In this document: positions 25,750 through 38,845 of the stretch, one piece after another
Position numbering within the stretch: the stretch's first letter is position 1
Layout: each line of letters starts with the position of its first letter
Assembly (NCBI GenBank): GCA_964016885.1
Contig: OZ024754.1
Span: 10,044,001 to 10,108,000, forward strand
Direction of reading: 5' to 3'
DNA length: 64,000 nucleotides
Source of the DNA: Eledone cirrhosa
Lineage: Eukaryota
The notes under the pieces: model-generated
What the model saw: only the letters and a program-made list of their open reading frames with translations
What the model was told of the DNA's origin: nothing
Database searches by the model: none
Made by a program: the position numbers and the translations under genes

Positions 25750-26435
25750 TTCACATGGTTCCAGGTTGAATCCAAGTGTCTTTTCTCAGATAAGTAGATT
25801 TTGGTAGACAGAAACCGTGTGAAAGCCCAGCATGTGTGCTTGTTTGTTTGTGTGTGTTATATGTGTGCATGTGTGCACATGTGAAAATCCATCGTGTGTG
25901 TATATATCTGTATGTGTGTGTGGGTGTGTATGTGTGTGCATGTGTGAAAACCCATCGTGTGTGCATGCTTGTGTGTGTATGTGCATGTGTGAATGTGTGT
26001 GTGTGTGTGTGTGTGTGTGTGTCTGTGTCTGTGTGAAAGCCCATTTTATGTGTGTGTGCATGTCTGTGTGAAAGCCCATCATGTGTGAGTGTGTCTGTGT
26101 GAAAGCCCATTGTGTGTGGTGTGTGTGCATGTCTGTGTGAAAGCCCATCATGTGTGAGTGTGTCTGTGTGAAAGCCCATTGTGTGTGGTGTGTGTGCATG
26201 TCTGTGTGAAAGCCCATCATGTGTGAGTGTGTCTGTGTGAAAGCCCATTGTGTGTGGTGTGTGTGCATGTCTGTGTGAAAGCCCATCATGTGTGAGTGTG
26301 TCTGTGTGAAAGCCCATTGTGTGTGGTGTGTGTGCATGTCTGTGTGAAAGCCCATCATGTGTGAGTGTGTCTGTGTGAAAGCCCATTGTGTGTGGTGTGT
26401 GTGCATGTCTGTGTGAAAGCCCATCATGTGTGTGT
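25750..26435 (+). repeat. OR-type SINE relic expanded into a 69-bp (TG)-rich minisatellite
   Basis: SINE-like ttggtagacagaaaccgtgtgaaagccc at ~25800; gtgtgaaagcccat is then repeated in tandem from 26025 to 26430. Confidence 0.75.
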
Positions 26436-26809
26436 GTCCAGCCATCCCCTTGCTTGTGTTTATGGGTTTTTTTATGCGAACCAGTGGTGTATCCTTACAT
26501 GTCAAAGGTTACTTAATCATGTGATAAGTCAAGATTTGAAAGTATGTACCAAGATGAAGTAAACAGTGGAACCAGTCAAAGAATCAAAGGAAAAGTTGAA
26601 AGAAAACAACAGTTCATGAACCACATGCAGTTAATCATTCTTTCTGTAAGAAGTTACACCACAAAAAGTACCAATGCCTCCTCTTCATGCTTTTCTAGAG
26701 CTTACAGACATCTTTATCTTCTTATCCTCTGTTCTAGAAATATAGACAAACTGATGTAGCATCTCTTGATACGCTCTATTTTGTTTCCTCTCTGTCTTAC
26801 TCTCCCATC

Positions 26810-27665
26810 AGCTCTACCATCTCTAGATTTGTTCTGCTCCCTCTCCCCTCTCTTGTCTACAATCTCCATATCTGTTCTGTACCCTCTCCCCTCTCTTGTC
26901 TACCACCTCTAGATCTGTTCTGTTCTGTTCCCTGCCATGTCTCCCATCTCCAGATCTGTTCTGTCACTTCTCTCCTCTCTTGTCTACCATCTCTAGATCT
27001 GTTCTGTTCCGTCATGTCTACCATCTCCAGATCTGTTCCCTGCCATGTCTCCCATCTCCAGATCTGTTCTGTTCCCTGCCATGTCTCCCATCTCCAGGTC
27101 TATTCTGTCCCCACTCTCCTCTCTCGATCTGTTCTGTTCTGTTCCCTGCCGTGTCTCCCATCTCCAAATCTGTTCTGTCCTCTTTCTTGTCTACCATCTC
27201 CAGATCTGTTTTGTACCCTCTCTTCTCTCATGTCTCCCATCTCCAGATCTGTTCTGTTTCCTCTCTTGTCTCCCATCCCATCTCCAAATCTGTTCAGTCC
27301 CTCTCTCCTCTCTAGATCTGTTGTTCCCTCTCTCCTCTCCAGATCTGTTCTGTTTCCTCTCTTGTCTCCATCCCATCTCTGTTCAGTCCCTCTCTCCTCT
27401 CTAGATCTGTTGTTCCCTCTCTCCTCTCCAGATCTGTTCTGTTCTGTTTCCTCTCTTGTCTCCCATCCCATCTCCAGATCTGTTCAGTCCCTCTCTCCTC
27501 TCTAGATCTGTTGTTCCCTCTCTCCTCTCCAGGTCTGTTCTGTTCCCTCTCTTCTCTCCCACCTCTAGATCTATTCTATCCCCCATCTCCTCTCAGTCTA
27601 CCATCTCCAGATCTGTTCTGTCTCCCATCTCTAGATCTGTCCTGTCATCTCTCTCTTGTCCTCCA
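26810..27665. repeat. Pyrimidine-rich complex minisatellite (CATCTCCAGATCTGTTCTG core)
   Basis: Direct reading. Confidence 0.9.
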
Positions 27666-27912
27666 TCTACTCTTTAACATTACAGACCAGACCAGACCAG
27701 ACAATAAGCAGGATTTCCAGTGAAATACAACTAGTGGTTGCAACTAACTGAATTATTAATTACTGTGAGATCATCGTTTAATGATCACAAGTATGATCCA
27801 ATAACAATGACTACAATGTGATGTCCACATCTTTAATACAGACACGCACACATAACACACATAACACATAACACACACAGACAGTCATTAATATAAATAC
27901 ACAAACACACAT

Positions 27913-27945
<33 letters not shown>

Positions 27946-28180
27946 CATTTACATACACACACACATATAGATATATATATACACACATACAACTCCTCAA
28001 CACAATTACACGATTACCATAATGACTTTTATAATACTAGTGGGAATTGAGCAGTCAAAATATCATTCAACATAGAAAAGATCTGAAGCTGATATGATGT
28101 GAACATAAAAACAAACAACCAGCTAGCAGAGATAATTAAGGTATGGAGGCTAGCAGAGGCAGATGATAGACATCTTTATC

Positions 28181-28293
28181 TGAGAGAGAGAGATGGGGAG
28201 AGAAAAGGGGAGAGAAAGAGAGAAAAGGAGAGAGAGAGAGAGAAAAGGAGAGAGAGAGAGAGAGAAAAGGAGAGAGAGAGAGAGAGAGAAAAG

Positions 28294-28324
<31 letters not shown>

Positions 28325-28845
28325 AGAGAGAGAGAGAGAAAAGGAGAGAGAGAGAGAGAGAGAGAAAAGGAGAGAGGGAACGAGAGAAAAGGAGAGAGGG
28401 AACGAGAGAAAAGGAGAGAGGGAACGAGAGAAAAGGAGAGAGGGAAAGAGAGAAAAGGAGAGAGGGAAAGAGAGAAAAGGAGAGAGGGAAAGAGAGAAAA
28501 GGAGAGAGGGAAAGAGAGAAAAGGAGAGAGGGGTGAGAAAAAGAGAGCTGGGAGATAAAGAGAAAGAGAGAAAAGAGAGAGGGCTGGGGTGAGAAAGAGT
28601 GAGAGTTGAGGGAGAGAGACGAGGTAAGAAAGAGAGAGAGAGAGAGGGGGAGAGAAAGAGAGAAAGAGATAAAAGGAAGGGAGTGAAAGAGAAAAAGATA
28701 GGAGGAGAAAGAGAGAAGAGAGGATGAGACAGAAAGAGAGAGAGAGAGACAGAAAGAGAGAGAGAAAGACAGAAAGAGAGAGAGAGAGAAAGAGGGAGTG
28801 AGAGAGAGAAAGAGGGAGTGAGAGAGGAGAGAAGAAGAGGGGGAA
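28181..28845. repeat. (GA)n/GAAAAG purine tract
   Basis: Direct reading. Confidence 0.95.
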
Positions 28846-30179
28846 AATGTAATGTTTGTTCTTATCATTAACAAACATATTAGCTCATTACCCATCTTCC
28901 AGATAGAAAGGTAGAGAGTTCAATTCTCAGCAGAGGTATTCTCTAATTTGTAAAATGAGAGATCTTATCATCTGTTGTAGAACCAGGTCTAGGTTAAGAC
29001 ATCTGGTGTATAGCCAGATCTAGGTTAGATATTATTATATCGCTTCACTGAAGTGATAACAATAACTGAATGTATAACACACACAACAACACACACAACA
29101 ACACACATAACAACACATAACAACACACAACAACACACACAACACACACAAAACAACAAACACAACAACATAACTAAAATTTCATATTGACGACAGAGAC
29201 ACATATTTATCAGTTATACCAAACATGATTAGCAAGGAAGAAGACATTCTTGTAATAAGGAATTGTTTGAGGGGGGGGGGGGATAAGATTGGAAGATAAA
29301 TGAATAAATAAATATATAAAAAAAAAACTATCTTATATTTTTCCTTACTGTTTCAAAAATAAATATAAACCAAAACAACGTATTATATCTTGTAATCTTC
29401 TTTATGTTGATTTATATATATATGTGTGTGTGTGTGTGTATATATATATTCATATATGTGTGTGTATGTATATATATGTGTGTGTGTGTGTATATATATT
29501 CATATATGTGTGTGTATGTATATATGTGTGTGTGTGTGTGTGTATGTATATATGTGTGTGTGTGTATAGGTAGCGGACGTAAAATGATGAAAAAAAAATG
29601 AAAATGTGTGTGTCTGTGTGTTATATATATATATGTGTATGTATGTATATATATATGTGTGTGTGTATATATATGTGTGTGTGTGTGTATATATACATGT
29701 GTGTGTGTGTGTGTGTATATATGTGTGTGTGTTTGTATATGCATATATATATATATACATGTGTATATGTGTGTATGTGTATATATATATATATATATAT
29801 AGGAAAATACTCTTTTCCTATTACCCACTCTACTACCCTAAGTATTGAGTACTCTGGTGCGTTATGGTTCACCTGGTTTCTTTACCACACTCTCTTTATT
29901 ATGTATATGTGTGTGTATGTATATATATATATGTGTGTGTGTGTATTAGTCATACACATATAGTGAATGTTATTAGTAACACACTTTTAAGATGACACAA
30001 CTGTTGTCTCAGCATCAAGAACTGCTGAAGGTGGCCAGGAATTGTGGTAGATATTGTGTCTGATCAAATGATGCCATGTTACATACAGGGCTTCTGTTAA
30101 GGGCTTCTTCCTTTGTCTTTGGTTCTAAGGAGAGTCTGTAACTGTAGGACAGGAGCGGGGGGAGATGGATGGATTGGTG

Positions 30180-30555
30180 GATAGATAGATAGATAGAGAG
30201 AGAGCGAGAGAGGGAGAGAGAGAGCGAGCGAGTGAGAGCGACTGAGAGAGGGAGAGCAAGCGACAGAGAGAGGGAGAGAAAGCGACAGAGAGAGAGAGAG
30301 AGACCGGCAGAGAGAGAGAGAGAGACCGACAGCGATAGGGAGAGAGAGAGACCGACAGCGATAGGGAGAGAGAGAGTAAGAGAGACAGCGACAGAGAGAG
30401 AGAGGACGACAGAGCGAGAATGAGAGGGCGACAGAGAGAGGGGGCGACAGAGAGAGAGGGCGACAGAGAGAGAGAGCGACAGAGCGAGAGTGAGAGAGCA
30501 ACAGAGAGAGAGAGGAGAGAGAGAGAGAGAGGAGAGAGATAGGAGAGAGAGATAG
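30180..30555. repeat. (GA)n/GCGACA purine tract
   Basis: Direct reading. Confidence 0.9.
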
Positions 30556-31034
30556 GTTTAGAGGTGTAATATCAATGAAGTCAGAGATGAAATGGTATAT
30601 ATCTGTTGTGATGATTTATCAACTGAAGACCGGGGTGTGACGGGGTGTGACGGGGTGTGACGGGGTGTGACGGGGTGTGGAAATTAACAAAATACCAGAG
30701 TGACACAAAGTTAACCATTAAACGACAATAAACCAGATACTAAACCACCACTAAATGCAATATACTACATTACATAGAACATATTACAGCATTTAAATTT
30801 AAACAATTAACAAAAAAATTGAAACTAAAAAGATAAAAATCATCCAACAGACTAAAGAATGAAAAGAAATAAAAATATATAAAAAAAAACTAAAAAATGA
30901 AAAAAAAAATGTCTTTTTTTGTTTTGTTTGTTTGTTTGTTTTTTTCTTGGAGACAAATGAAAATGAGACATTGTTGGAAGTGACATTAATTAAATCTACT
31001 GGGGCTAGTAAAACAGAGTAAATAATGGGAACTG

Positions 31035-31480
31035 TTATTGGTGATGGTGGGGGTGGTGATGGTGGTGGTGGTGATAGTGTTGGTAGTGGTGGTGGTAGTG
31101 GTGGTGGTGGTGGTGGTGGTGGTGATAGTGTTGGAGATGGTGGTGGTGGTGATAATGTTGGAGATGGTGCTGGTAGTAGTGGTGGTGGTGGTGATGGTGG
31201 TGATGGTGGTGGTGGTGATAGTGTTGGAGATGGTGGTGGTGGTGATGGTGGTAGTGTTGATGATGCTGGTGGTCGTGTTGTTGATGATGGTGGTGGTAGT
31301 GATGGTGTTGGTGATGGTGGTGGTGGTGATGATGATGATGGTGGTAGTGTTGATGACGGTGGTGGTAGTGGTGTTGTTGTGGTGGTGGTAGTGATGGTGG
31401 TAGTGTTGATGACGGTGGTGGTGGTGGTTGTAGTGGTGGTGATGGTGTTGGTGGCGGTGGTGATGATGGTGGTGGCAGTG
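31035..31480. repeat. (GGT)n/(GAT)n trinucleotide tract
   Basis: Direct reading. Confidence 0.95.
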
Positions 31481-31549
31481 GAGGATACTTAATGTGGCAA
31501 CATGATATATATATATTCGTGACACTAAGTACACCGGCATCATTCCGGA

Positions 31550-31617
31550 CACCTCAGATCGCTGAAGATGACGGTGGAGATGACGAAGGACCGTGACAAG
31601 TGGAGAGATGCTGTGCA

Positions 31618-31618
<1 letters not shown>
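31550..31618 (+). mobile_element. RTE LINE ORF2 C-terminal fragment
   Basis: Translates HLRSLKMTVEMTKDRDKWRDAVH, homologous to 35650-35720. Confidence 0.65.
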
Positions 31619-31682
<64 letters not shown>

Positions 31683-31683
<1 letters not shown>

Positions 31684-32022
31684 GAGGCACATGGCTTAGT
31701 GGTTAGAGCATTGGCCTTGCAATCGAAAGGTTGTGAGTTCAATTCTCAGACCGGGTGATGTGTTGTTTCCTTGAGCAAGCCACTTTATTTCACATTGCTC
31801 CAGTTTACTCAGCTGTAGAAATGAGATGGTAGGGACTGGGGTCCCTATCATTCCACTGCAAAGTGGTCGTGGAGGTGCCACGGCAAAAAAGCACCCAGCA
31901 CTCACTGTAAATGAGGTTGGTGTTAGGAAGGGCATCCAGCTGTAGAAATCAAGCCAGAATCAGTTCCCGTCCCACCCTTACAAGCAGGGAAAAGCAGACG
32001 TAAAATGATGATGATGATCATG
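31683..32022 (+). mobile_element. Full-length CORE-type SINE with RTE-derived tail
   Basis: Near-identical to 14897-15237. Confidence 0.9.
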
Positions 32023-32063
32023 ATATATATATACATATATATATATATATATTTGTGGCAACA

Positions 32064-32116
<53 letters not shown>

Positions 32117-32118
<2 letters not shown>

Positions 32119-32299
32119 GAAGGAGTTGTGGTAAAGAACCAGATGGACCATAACGCACCAGAGTACTCAATACTTAGAGTAGTAGAGTGGGTAATAGGAA
32201 AATGTATGACCCCGACGGCAGAGCTCAAGCCGTTTCGACAGCTATTTCTGGACGTCGAAACGGCTTGAACTCTGCCGTCGGGGTCATACATTTTCCTAT
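32117..32299. mobile_element. Penelope-like terminal fragment with a fold-back inversion (arms 32194-32239 / 32254-32299)
   Basis: Flanked by (TA)n. Pieces recur at 3596-3700, 8480-8540 and 29803-29900. Confidence 0.6.
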
Positions 32300-32514
32300 A
32301 TATATATATATATATATTTTTATCTAATCCATGCTAGCGTGGAAGATGGACGTTAAACGAAGATGATGATGATGATGATATATAAAGGGACAGAGTGTTG
32401 GCAGAAGCTGTAACTGACAATAACAAGATGAAGGGGAGAAGGAGGAGGAGGTGTAACAGTGAAGGAGACAGGTATCAAATATATATATTTTTAAAGAGTA
32501 AGGATGTATTTTAT

Positions 32515-32552
<38 letters not shown>

Positions 32553-33939
32553 TAGAGAAATGCTTTCTTCTGTGGGTCATAACAGCCACACTATGCACCA
32601 TACCCACCATCACTATATACCCACCACACCCAGCCACCATCACTATATACCCACCACACCCAGCCACCATCACTATATACCCACCACACCCAGCCACCAT
32701 CACTATCTCCCTCTGGCCCAAGGTGTGGGAGGAAAAAGAGTGGAAAGGGTGGGAGAAAGAGAGCCGTCAATAGACTGGTTAATGAGAAAATGAATAGTGA
32801 CAAGGTGTGAAAGAGGGGGAGGGAGGGTGGGTTATAGACTAGTTCTATATCAGACAATAGAAAGGATGTAAATGCAAGAGAGAAGAGTTAAAAGGAGAGA
32901 GTGAGAAATGAGAGAAAGTGTGAAAGAGTGAGAGAGAGTAAGAGTGAGAAAGTGCGAGAGAGAGTAAGAAAGTGCGAGAGAGAGTAAGAGTGAGAAAGTG
33001 CGAGAGAGAGAGATAGAGAGAAAGAGAGAGACTGAGAAAGAAAGAGAGAGTGAGAGTGAGAAAGAGTGAGAAAGAGTGAGAAAGAGAGAGAAAGAGAGAG
33101 AAAGAGTGAGAAGGAAGAGTGAGAGATGAAGAGTGAAAGAACAAGAGATGAAGAGAGAAAGTGAGACTAATTATATAGGAGGTATTATGAGGGGGGGGGG
33201 GGGGGGGAGATTGAACAACAAAAAAGCCCCCCACCCCTTTCCCTGCTCCTCTTCAACCAACTGCCTCTAGAGATTATTTAACTCTTTGAGAAAGGACCTT
33301 GCAAAACAGAGATAATTACCCCCATGACAAAACCTAGTTTCAGCTGGATGCAAGCAAGTCTTTATTATGTCATCTTTCAACAAAGGTGTTAAACCAGTCC
33401 CCCCCACCCCACCCCGACCCATTCACCTGCCCCCACCTCAATATTGTTTAATCCTGAATCTCCCTACAGTATATTGAGGGTGGAGCAGAGTGCTTCAACT
33501 AAATGAAACACTGAATTGCAGAGGGATGGATGGTCGTGGTAGATGTTAGATGTTCTAAAGCAACCCCCATTAACATTGAAACCTCCCCTCCCCCCATCTG
33601 ATCTTGTATCAATAAGATGCCTCTACACCATAGACCTGATATGCCAAAATTGTGTGAACCTCTTCAAAATCACGATCATATCTGTTACTAACAACACTGT
33701 CATCTTTATCAGTTCTTTTTTTTTAAATAATTCCATTCACTCATTCAATATGAAGCCACCTGGTTCAACAATACAAAACTGCTTCTTATAAAGGGTTTAC
33801 ATTTATCTAAAAATCTTCCATCATAATTTTAAGTACCCTTGTTGTGTCCCAAACACCACCTTAACTCTTTTGATACCAACCTACCCAAAACCAACTCTGG
33901 TCCTATGAGACAAAACCACCTAATTTAAAGGATTCCTAT

Positions 33940-34155
33940 TTAACCCTTTAGCATTTACATTACTTTATATTTACTATTGTATTTTCACAGAAAAGGCTTT
34001 ACCTTACATAATATCAAATCTATGAGATTTTGATATATTTTATTTTGAGAACAATACCTTAACATCACCATGAGCGACCAGTTACAGCCAGTTTGAACAG
34101 AAAGAGGTGAGAGAATTCTGGCCAGATATGGCCAGTTTAAATGCAAAAGGTTTAA
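33940..34155 (+). mobile_element. piggyBac-type MITE (TTAA-flanked)
   Basis: TTAA-ccctttagcatttac...taaatgcaaaaggt-TTAA. Confidence 0.85.
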
Positions 34156-35114
34156 GGAAGACGCGTGACTTAGTGGTTAGAGAATTAGATTTGCAATCGA
34201 GAGGTTGCAAGTTTGATTTCTGGACCGGGTGATGCGTTATGTCCTTGAGCAAGACACTTTATATCATGTTGCTCCTTTTGCCAAGTGTTGCAACTGGTAG
34301 ATAGTACCAGCAATGGAATATAGATGATTTGTTTTAGAGAAGGAGAGAGAGAGAAAGTGACAGAGAGAAAATAAGAAAGAGATAAAGATGAAGAATTGGC
34401 CCCCAGGGCTGGAATTGTATAGGATAAAAAATAAAGTTGACCTCAGTGGGATTTTAACTCAAACTGTAGAAAGCCAGAACATATACCACAAAGCATTCTA
34501 TTTGATGTTCTATAATGAGTCTGTAAATTCACCACCTTTTTAATATTTGAGATGCATTGCTCAAACTCTGAGGATAGATCTTCATGAGGAATGAATTTTC
34601 ACTCCATTACAGTCATTGGAGAATTAAATTTTAGGTCAATTTAATAAGCTGGAAGACCTACAAAGTCTCTGATGAATGAAGAGTGGGATTTTAAAATTCT
34701 GCACGTCAGAGAGATTTACACAGTGTAATGATATATATATAGGTAAGTGATTTTAGACTCGTTTAGTAGAATATTAAGATAAGAATTCAATCTGAAACCT
34801 ATAGAATGTAATAAGTTTCCTCGGAAATAATATATTCTCTATAATGTAAAGCTATAATTACACTATATTTCATTAAACTGAAAACTATTGGAGTAAGTGA
34901 GCCATAGTAAAGGCTCCGTTTCCACACTTTGCTTCATATTAAAAATGTTTAGAATATATAGTATATAAAGGTATATACTGATGGGTAAGAAAAGATTTTT
35001 AAAAAATATGCTTCACCTTTTTGTTACCATAAACCTAATGAAACATGTGTGAGACATGCAGGTTTAGCTGGTCTCCTCCAAGGTATATCTTGGAGGTGTC
35101 TTGGGTAATTTTAA

Positions 35115-35245
35115 TGATAGGGACCCCAGTCCTATCATCTCATTTCTACAGCTGAGTAAACTGGAGCAACGTGAAATAAAGTGTCTTGCTCAAGGAAACA
35201 ACACATCACCCGGTCCGAGAATTGAACTCACAACCTTTTGATTGC
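35115..35245 (-). mobile_element. CORE-type SINE fragment
   Basis: Matches the CORE part of the 14897 family. Confidence 0.8.
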
Positions 35246-35424
35246 GCCTTCACAAAGGCTAATGAAACATACTGCCAATTATTTTCAAATCATTTTGAAA
35301 ATAATAAAAAAAATTTAAAGAGATTTAGTAAACTAACTCACATTTTTCATTATTAAGCTAGTGTTTGCAACAGAGCTTAAAAAATGTTTTTACATGAAAT
35401 TATGATGGATGAATTTCATTGATA

Positions 35425-35775
35425 GATGTGCAATGTTAACGTGTGTGAATGACCAAACATGGACAAGTTGAGAGAGAAACTGTGTATAAGAGGGATAGTC
35501 TATATTGTGTAGGAGAGAAGATACATTGGTATGGCCATGTGATGCGCACAGAAGATGACTGCTGGGTGAAGAAGTACCAAGTAATTCCAATAGAAGGAAG
35601 GCGCAGTGGAGGAAGACCCTGAAAACATGGGTGAAGGTGGTGAGAGCTGATCCAAGATTGCTGAAGCTCACGGAGGAGACAATGAAAGACTGTGACGAGT
35701 GGAGAGATGCTGGGCTAAAGAGGACCTGTCCCACCCTTGCAAAGCAAGGAAAAGCGGATGTAAAATGATGATGAT
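35425..35775 (+). pseudogene. Decayed RTE LINE 3' end (ORF2 C-terminus + tail)
   Basis: HWYGHVMRTEDDCWVKK...GGRP*KTWVKVVRAD...KDCDEWRDA with stops and frameshifts. Tail gtcccacccttgcaaagcaaggaaaagcggatgtaaaa(tga)n. Confidence 0.85.
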
Positions 35776-36734
35776 ATATACACTCTAAAATAAACAGTTT
35801 TATAACACAGAAATAGGACTGGTTCAAGGTGGTTTGGCATCAAAATGATTCATTATACTACAGCATCTGTTACAAAGCTCTGCCACACTAAAAACAACAC
35901 ATCTACAGTATTAATAATTCGGTGTTGTTATATTATTCCAGTAACACCTGATTAATGAAGATGATGACACATAATTAGACAGCAGATGTCTGCTAGAATT
36001 TGAACTTATTTCAACAGCTCTCTGATGTTAAAAATCTTATCCAATAAACTTTTGCCAGTGAAATTGGAATTTACAGCTAAATTAAGTAAGCCACACTTCT
36101 CTCCCATCTCCAGAGTGCTGAACAGTTTGCATTCAGCAAAGCAAACAGAAGCAGAAATCTACCATGTTAGCTGAGTTTTCCCCACCATTGAACTATATAT
36201 GAACTGCAGTTAACCACAAGAATCAGTCAGCCAATACAAATACAAACAGAGCTATGTCTTTGTAGATAAAATCTCCCACACACCAAACACACAAACACAC
36301 ATTCCTGCATCCATACCTACAGACACCAATGGCAAAGACACCAACGTCACTGCCATGGCTTCTATATAGAGAGTAGGGCAATAAAATAAGTTGTGTTCAC
36401 TCTGCTATCATTTACACAGGAGAGAGAGAGAGTGGTAGGGAATGAGAAGAGTGGGAGAGAAAGAGAGAGAGAGAGATATGCCATAAAATACTAAAATCGG
36501 ACACACAGAAATCAATAGAGAGAAAAGACCAAAGCAATATAAAATACAACACTTAAAGAATCCTTGACTACTGCAAAAAATACCTTTGGAATAAGTCAGA
36601 GAAAAAAATGAAAGATGTGTAGGTGTGAAGTGAGAGGAAAGGGGTAGGTTTATATTGGTTGAAATGAAATCATATATTAGGAGTCATTCTTGGACAATAT
36701 GGACTAATAGTAGGAACAGATAATGCTGAGGTTT

Positions 36735-36821
<87 letters not shown>

Positions 36822-36946
36822 TGGAGGTCAGAGGTTAATTATTAGAACACCAGATAAAGGAATGAAAATGTAGATTTTTCTATTAAAACAAAATCTTCAG
36901 AAGGAAGATTAATTAAAATAGAACTAAATAGAATGTAACCAAATAA

Positions 36947-37355
36947 TTGTTTCTACTTTAGGCACAAGGCCAGCAATTACCCAGTGCATTACTGGTACTT
37001 TATTTTATCGACCCCGTAAGGATGAAGGGCAAAGTCAACCTCGGCGGGATTTGAACTCAGATCGTAAAGGGACGTAACTATGCTGGAAAGCATGGCGTCC
37101 GACCCTCCACTGATACTGCCAATCCACCGCCCTTCTATGTAACCAAATAATGATTTCTTATATAGGCACAAGGCCAGCAATTTTGGGGGAGGGGAAAGTC
37201 GATTAAATCGACCCCAGTACATTACTGGTACTTTATTTATAAAGATGAAAGGCAAGGTTAACCTCGGTGGGATTTGAACTCAGAATGGCAAGGGCCGTAA
37301 CTCTGTGTCAAATCATGGCGTCCGACCCTCTACCGATACTGCCAATCCACCCCCT
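36947..37355 (-). mobile_element. Two tandem Deu/Nin-type SINEs (36947-37132, 37150-37355)
   Basis: Each has A/B boxes and the Deu-like core. Confidence 0.85.
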
Positions 37356-37531
37356 ATATAATAATAATAATAATTATTATTATTTCTACATTTGGCACAA
37401 GGCTAGCAATTTTTTTGGAAGGGAAAATCGATTAAATTGATTCCAGTGCATTACTGGTACTTTATTTATAAAGATGAAAGGCTAAGTTGACCTCAGAACA
37501 TAAAGAGTCGTTACGCTATGTTGTGAAGCAT

Positions 37532-38845
37532 ATTGTCTGACACTCTACCACCCTATATAATAATATTGTCTGACACTCTACCACCCTATATAATATTGTC
37601 TGACACTCTACCGTCCTATATAATAATATTGTCTGACACTCTACCGCCCTATATAATAATATTGTCTGACACTCTACCGCTCTATATAATAATATTGTCT
37701 GACACTCTACCGCCCTATATAATAATATTGTCTGACACTCTACCGCTCTATATAATAATATTGTCTGACACTCTACCGCCCTATATAATAATATTGTCTG
37801 ACACTACCGCTCTATATAATAATATTGTCTGACACTCTACCACCCTATATAATAATATTGTCTGACACTACCGTCCTATATAATAATATTGTCTGACACT
37901 CTACCGTCCTATATAATAATATTGTCTGACACTCTACCGCTCTATATAATAATATTGTCTGACACTCTACCGCCCTATATAATAATATTGTCTGACACTC
38001 TACCGTCCTATATAATAATAGTCTGACACTCTACCGCCCTATATAATAATATTGTCTGACACTCTACCGTCCTATATAATAATAGTCTGACACTCTACCG
38101 CCCTATATAATAATATTGTCTGACACTCTACCGCTCTATATAATAATATTGTCTGACACACTACCACCCTATATAATAATATTGTCTGACACTACCGTCC
38201 TATATAATAATATTGTCTGACACTCTACCACCCTATATAATAATATTGTCTGACACTCTACCACCCTATATAATAATATTGTCTGACACTCTACCACCCT
38301 ATATAATAATATTGTCTGACACTCTACCACCCTATATAATAATATTGTCTGACACTCTACCGCTCTATATAATAATATTGTCTGACACTCTACCACCCTA
38401 TATAATAATATTGTCTGACACTCTACCGCTCTATATAATAATATTGTCCGACACTCTACCACCCTATATAATAATATTGTCTGACACTACCACCCTATAT
38501 AATATTGTCTGACACTCTACCGTCCTATATAATAATATTGTCTGACACTCTACCGTCCTATATAATAATATTGTCTGACACTCTACCGTCCTATATAATA
38601 ATATTGTCTGACACTCTACCGTCCTATATAATAATATTGTCTGACACTCTACCGTCCTATATAATAATATTGTCTGACACTCTACCGCCCTATATAATAA
38701 TATTGTCTGACACTACCACCCTATATAATAATATTGTCTGACACTACCACCCTATATAATAATATTGTCTGACACTCTACCACCCTATATAATAATATTG
38801 TCTGACACTCTACCGTCCTATATAATAATATTGTCTGACGCTCTA
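37532..38845. repeat. 33-bp minisatellite (~40 units) inside a third SINE copy
   Basis: Unit attgtctgacactctaccgccctatataataat. The SINE body lies at 37380-37530 and the SINE 5' end at 38830-38870. Confidence 0.95.

Noticed and set aside
31025-31492. Gly/Asp-rich 155-aa ORF resembling a structural protein
   Set aside because: It is a (GGT)n tract open in several frames on both strands.
34635-34748. Plus-strand segment ending in a strong AG|GTAAGT donor
   Set aside because: There are stops in all three frames after the nearest acceptor; no support without RNA data.
37532-38845. CRISPR-like regular 33-bp array
   Set aside because: Units are contiguous with no unique spacers, they are SINE-derived, and the context is eukaryotic with no cas genes.
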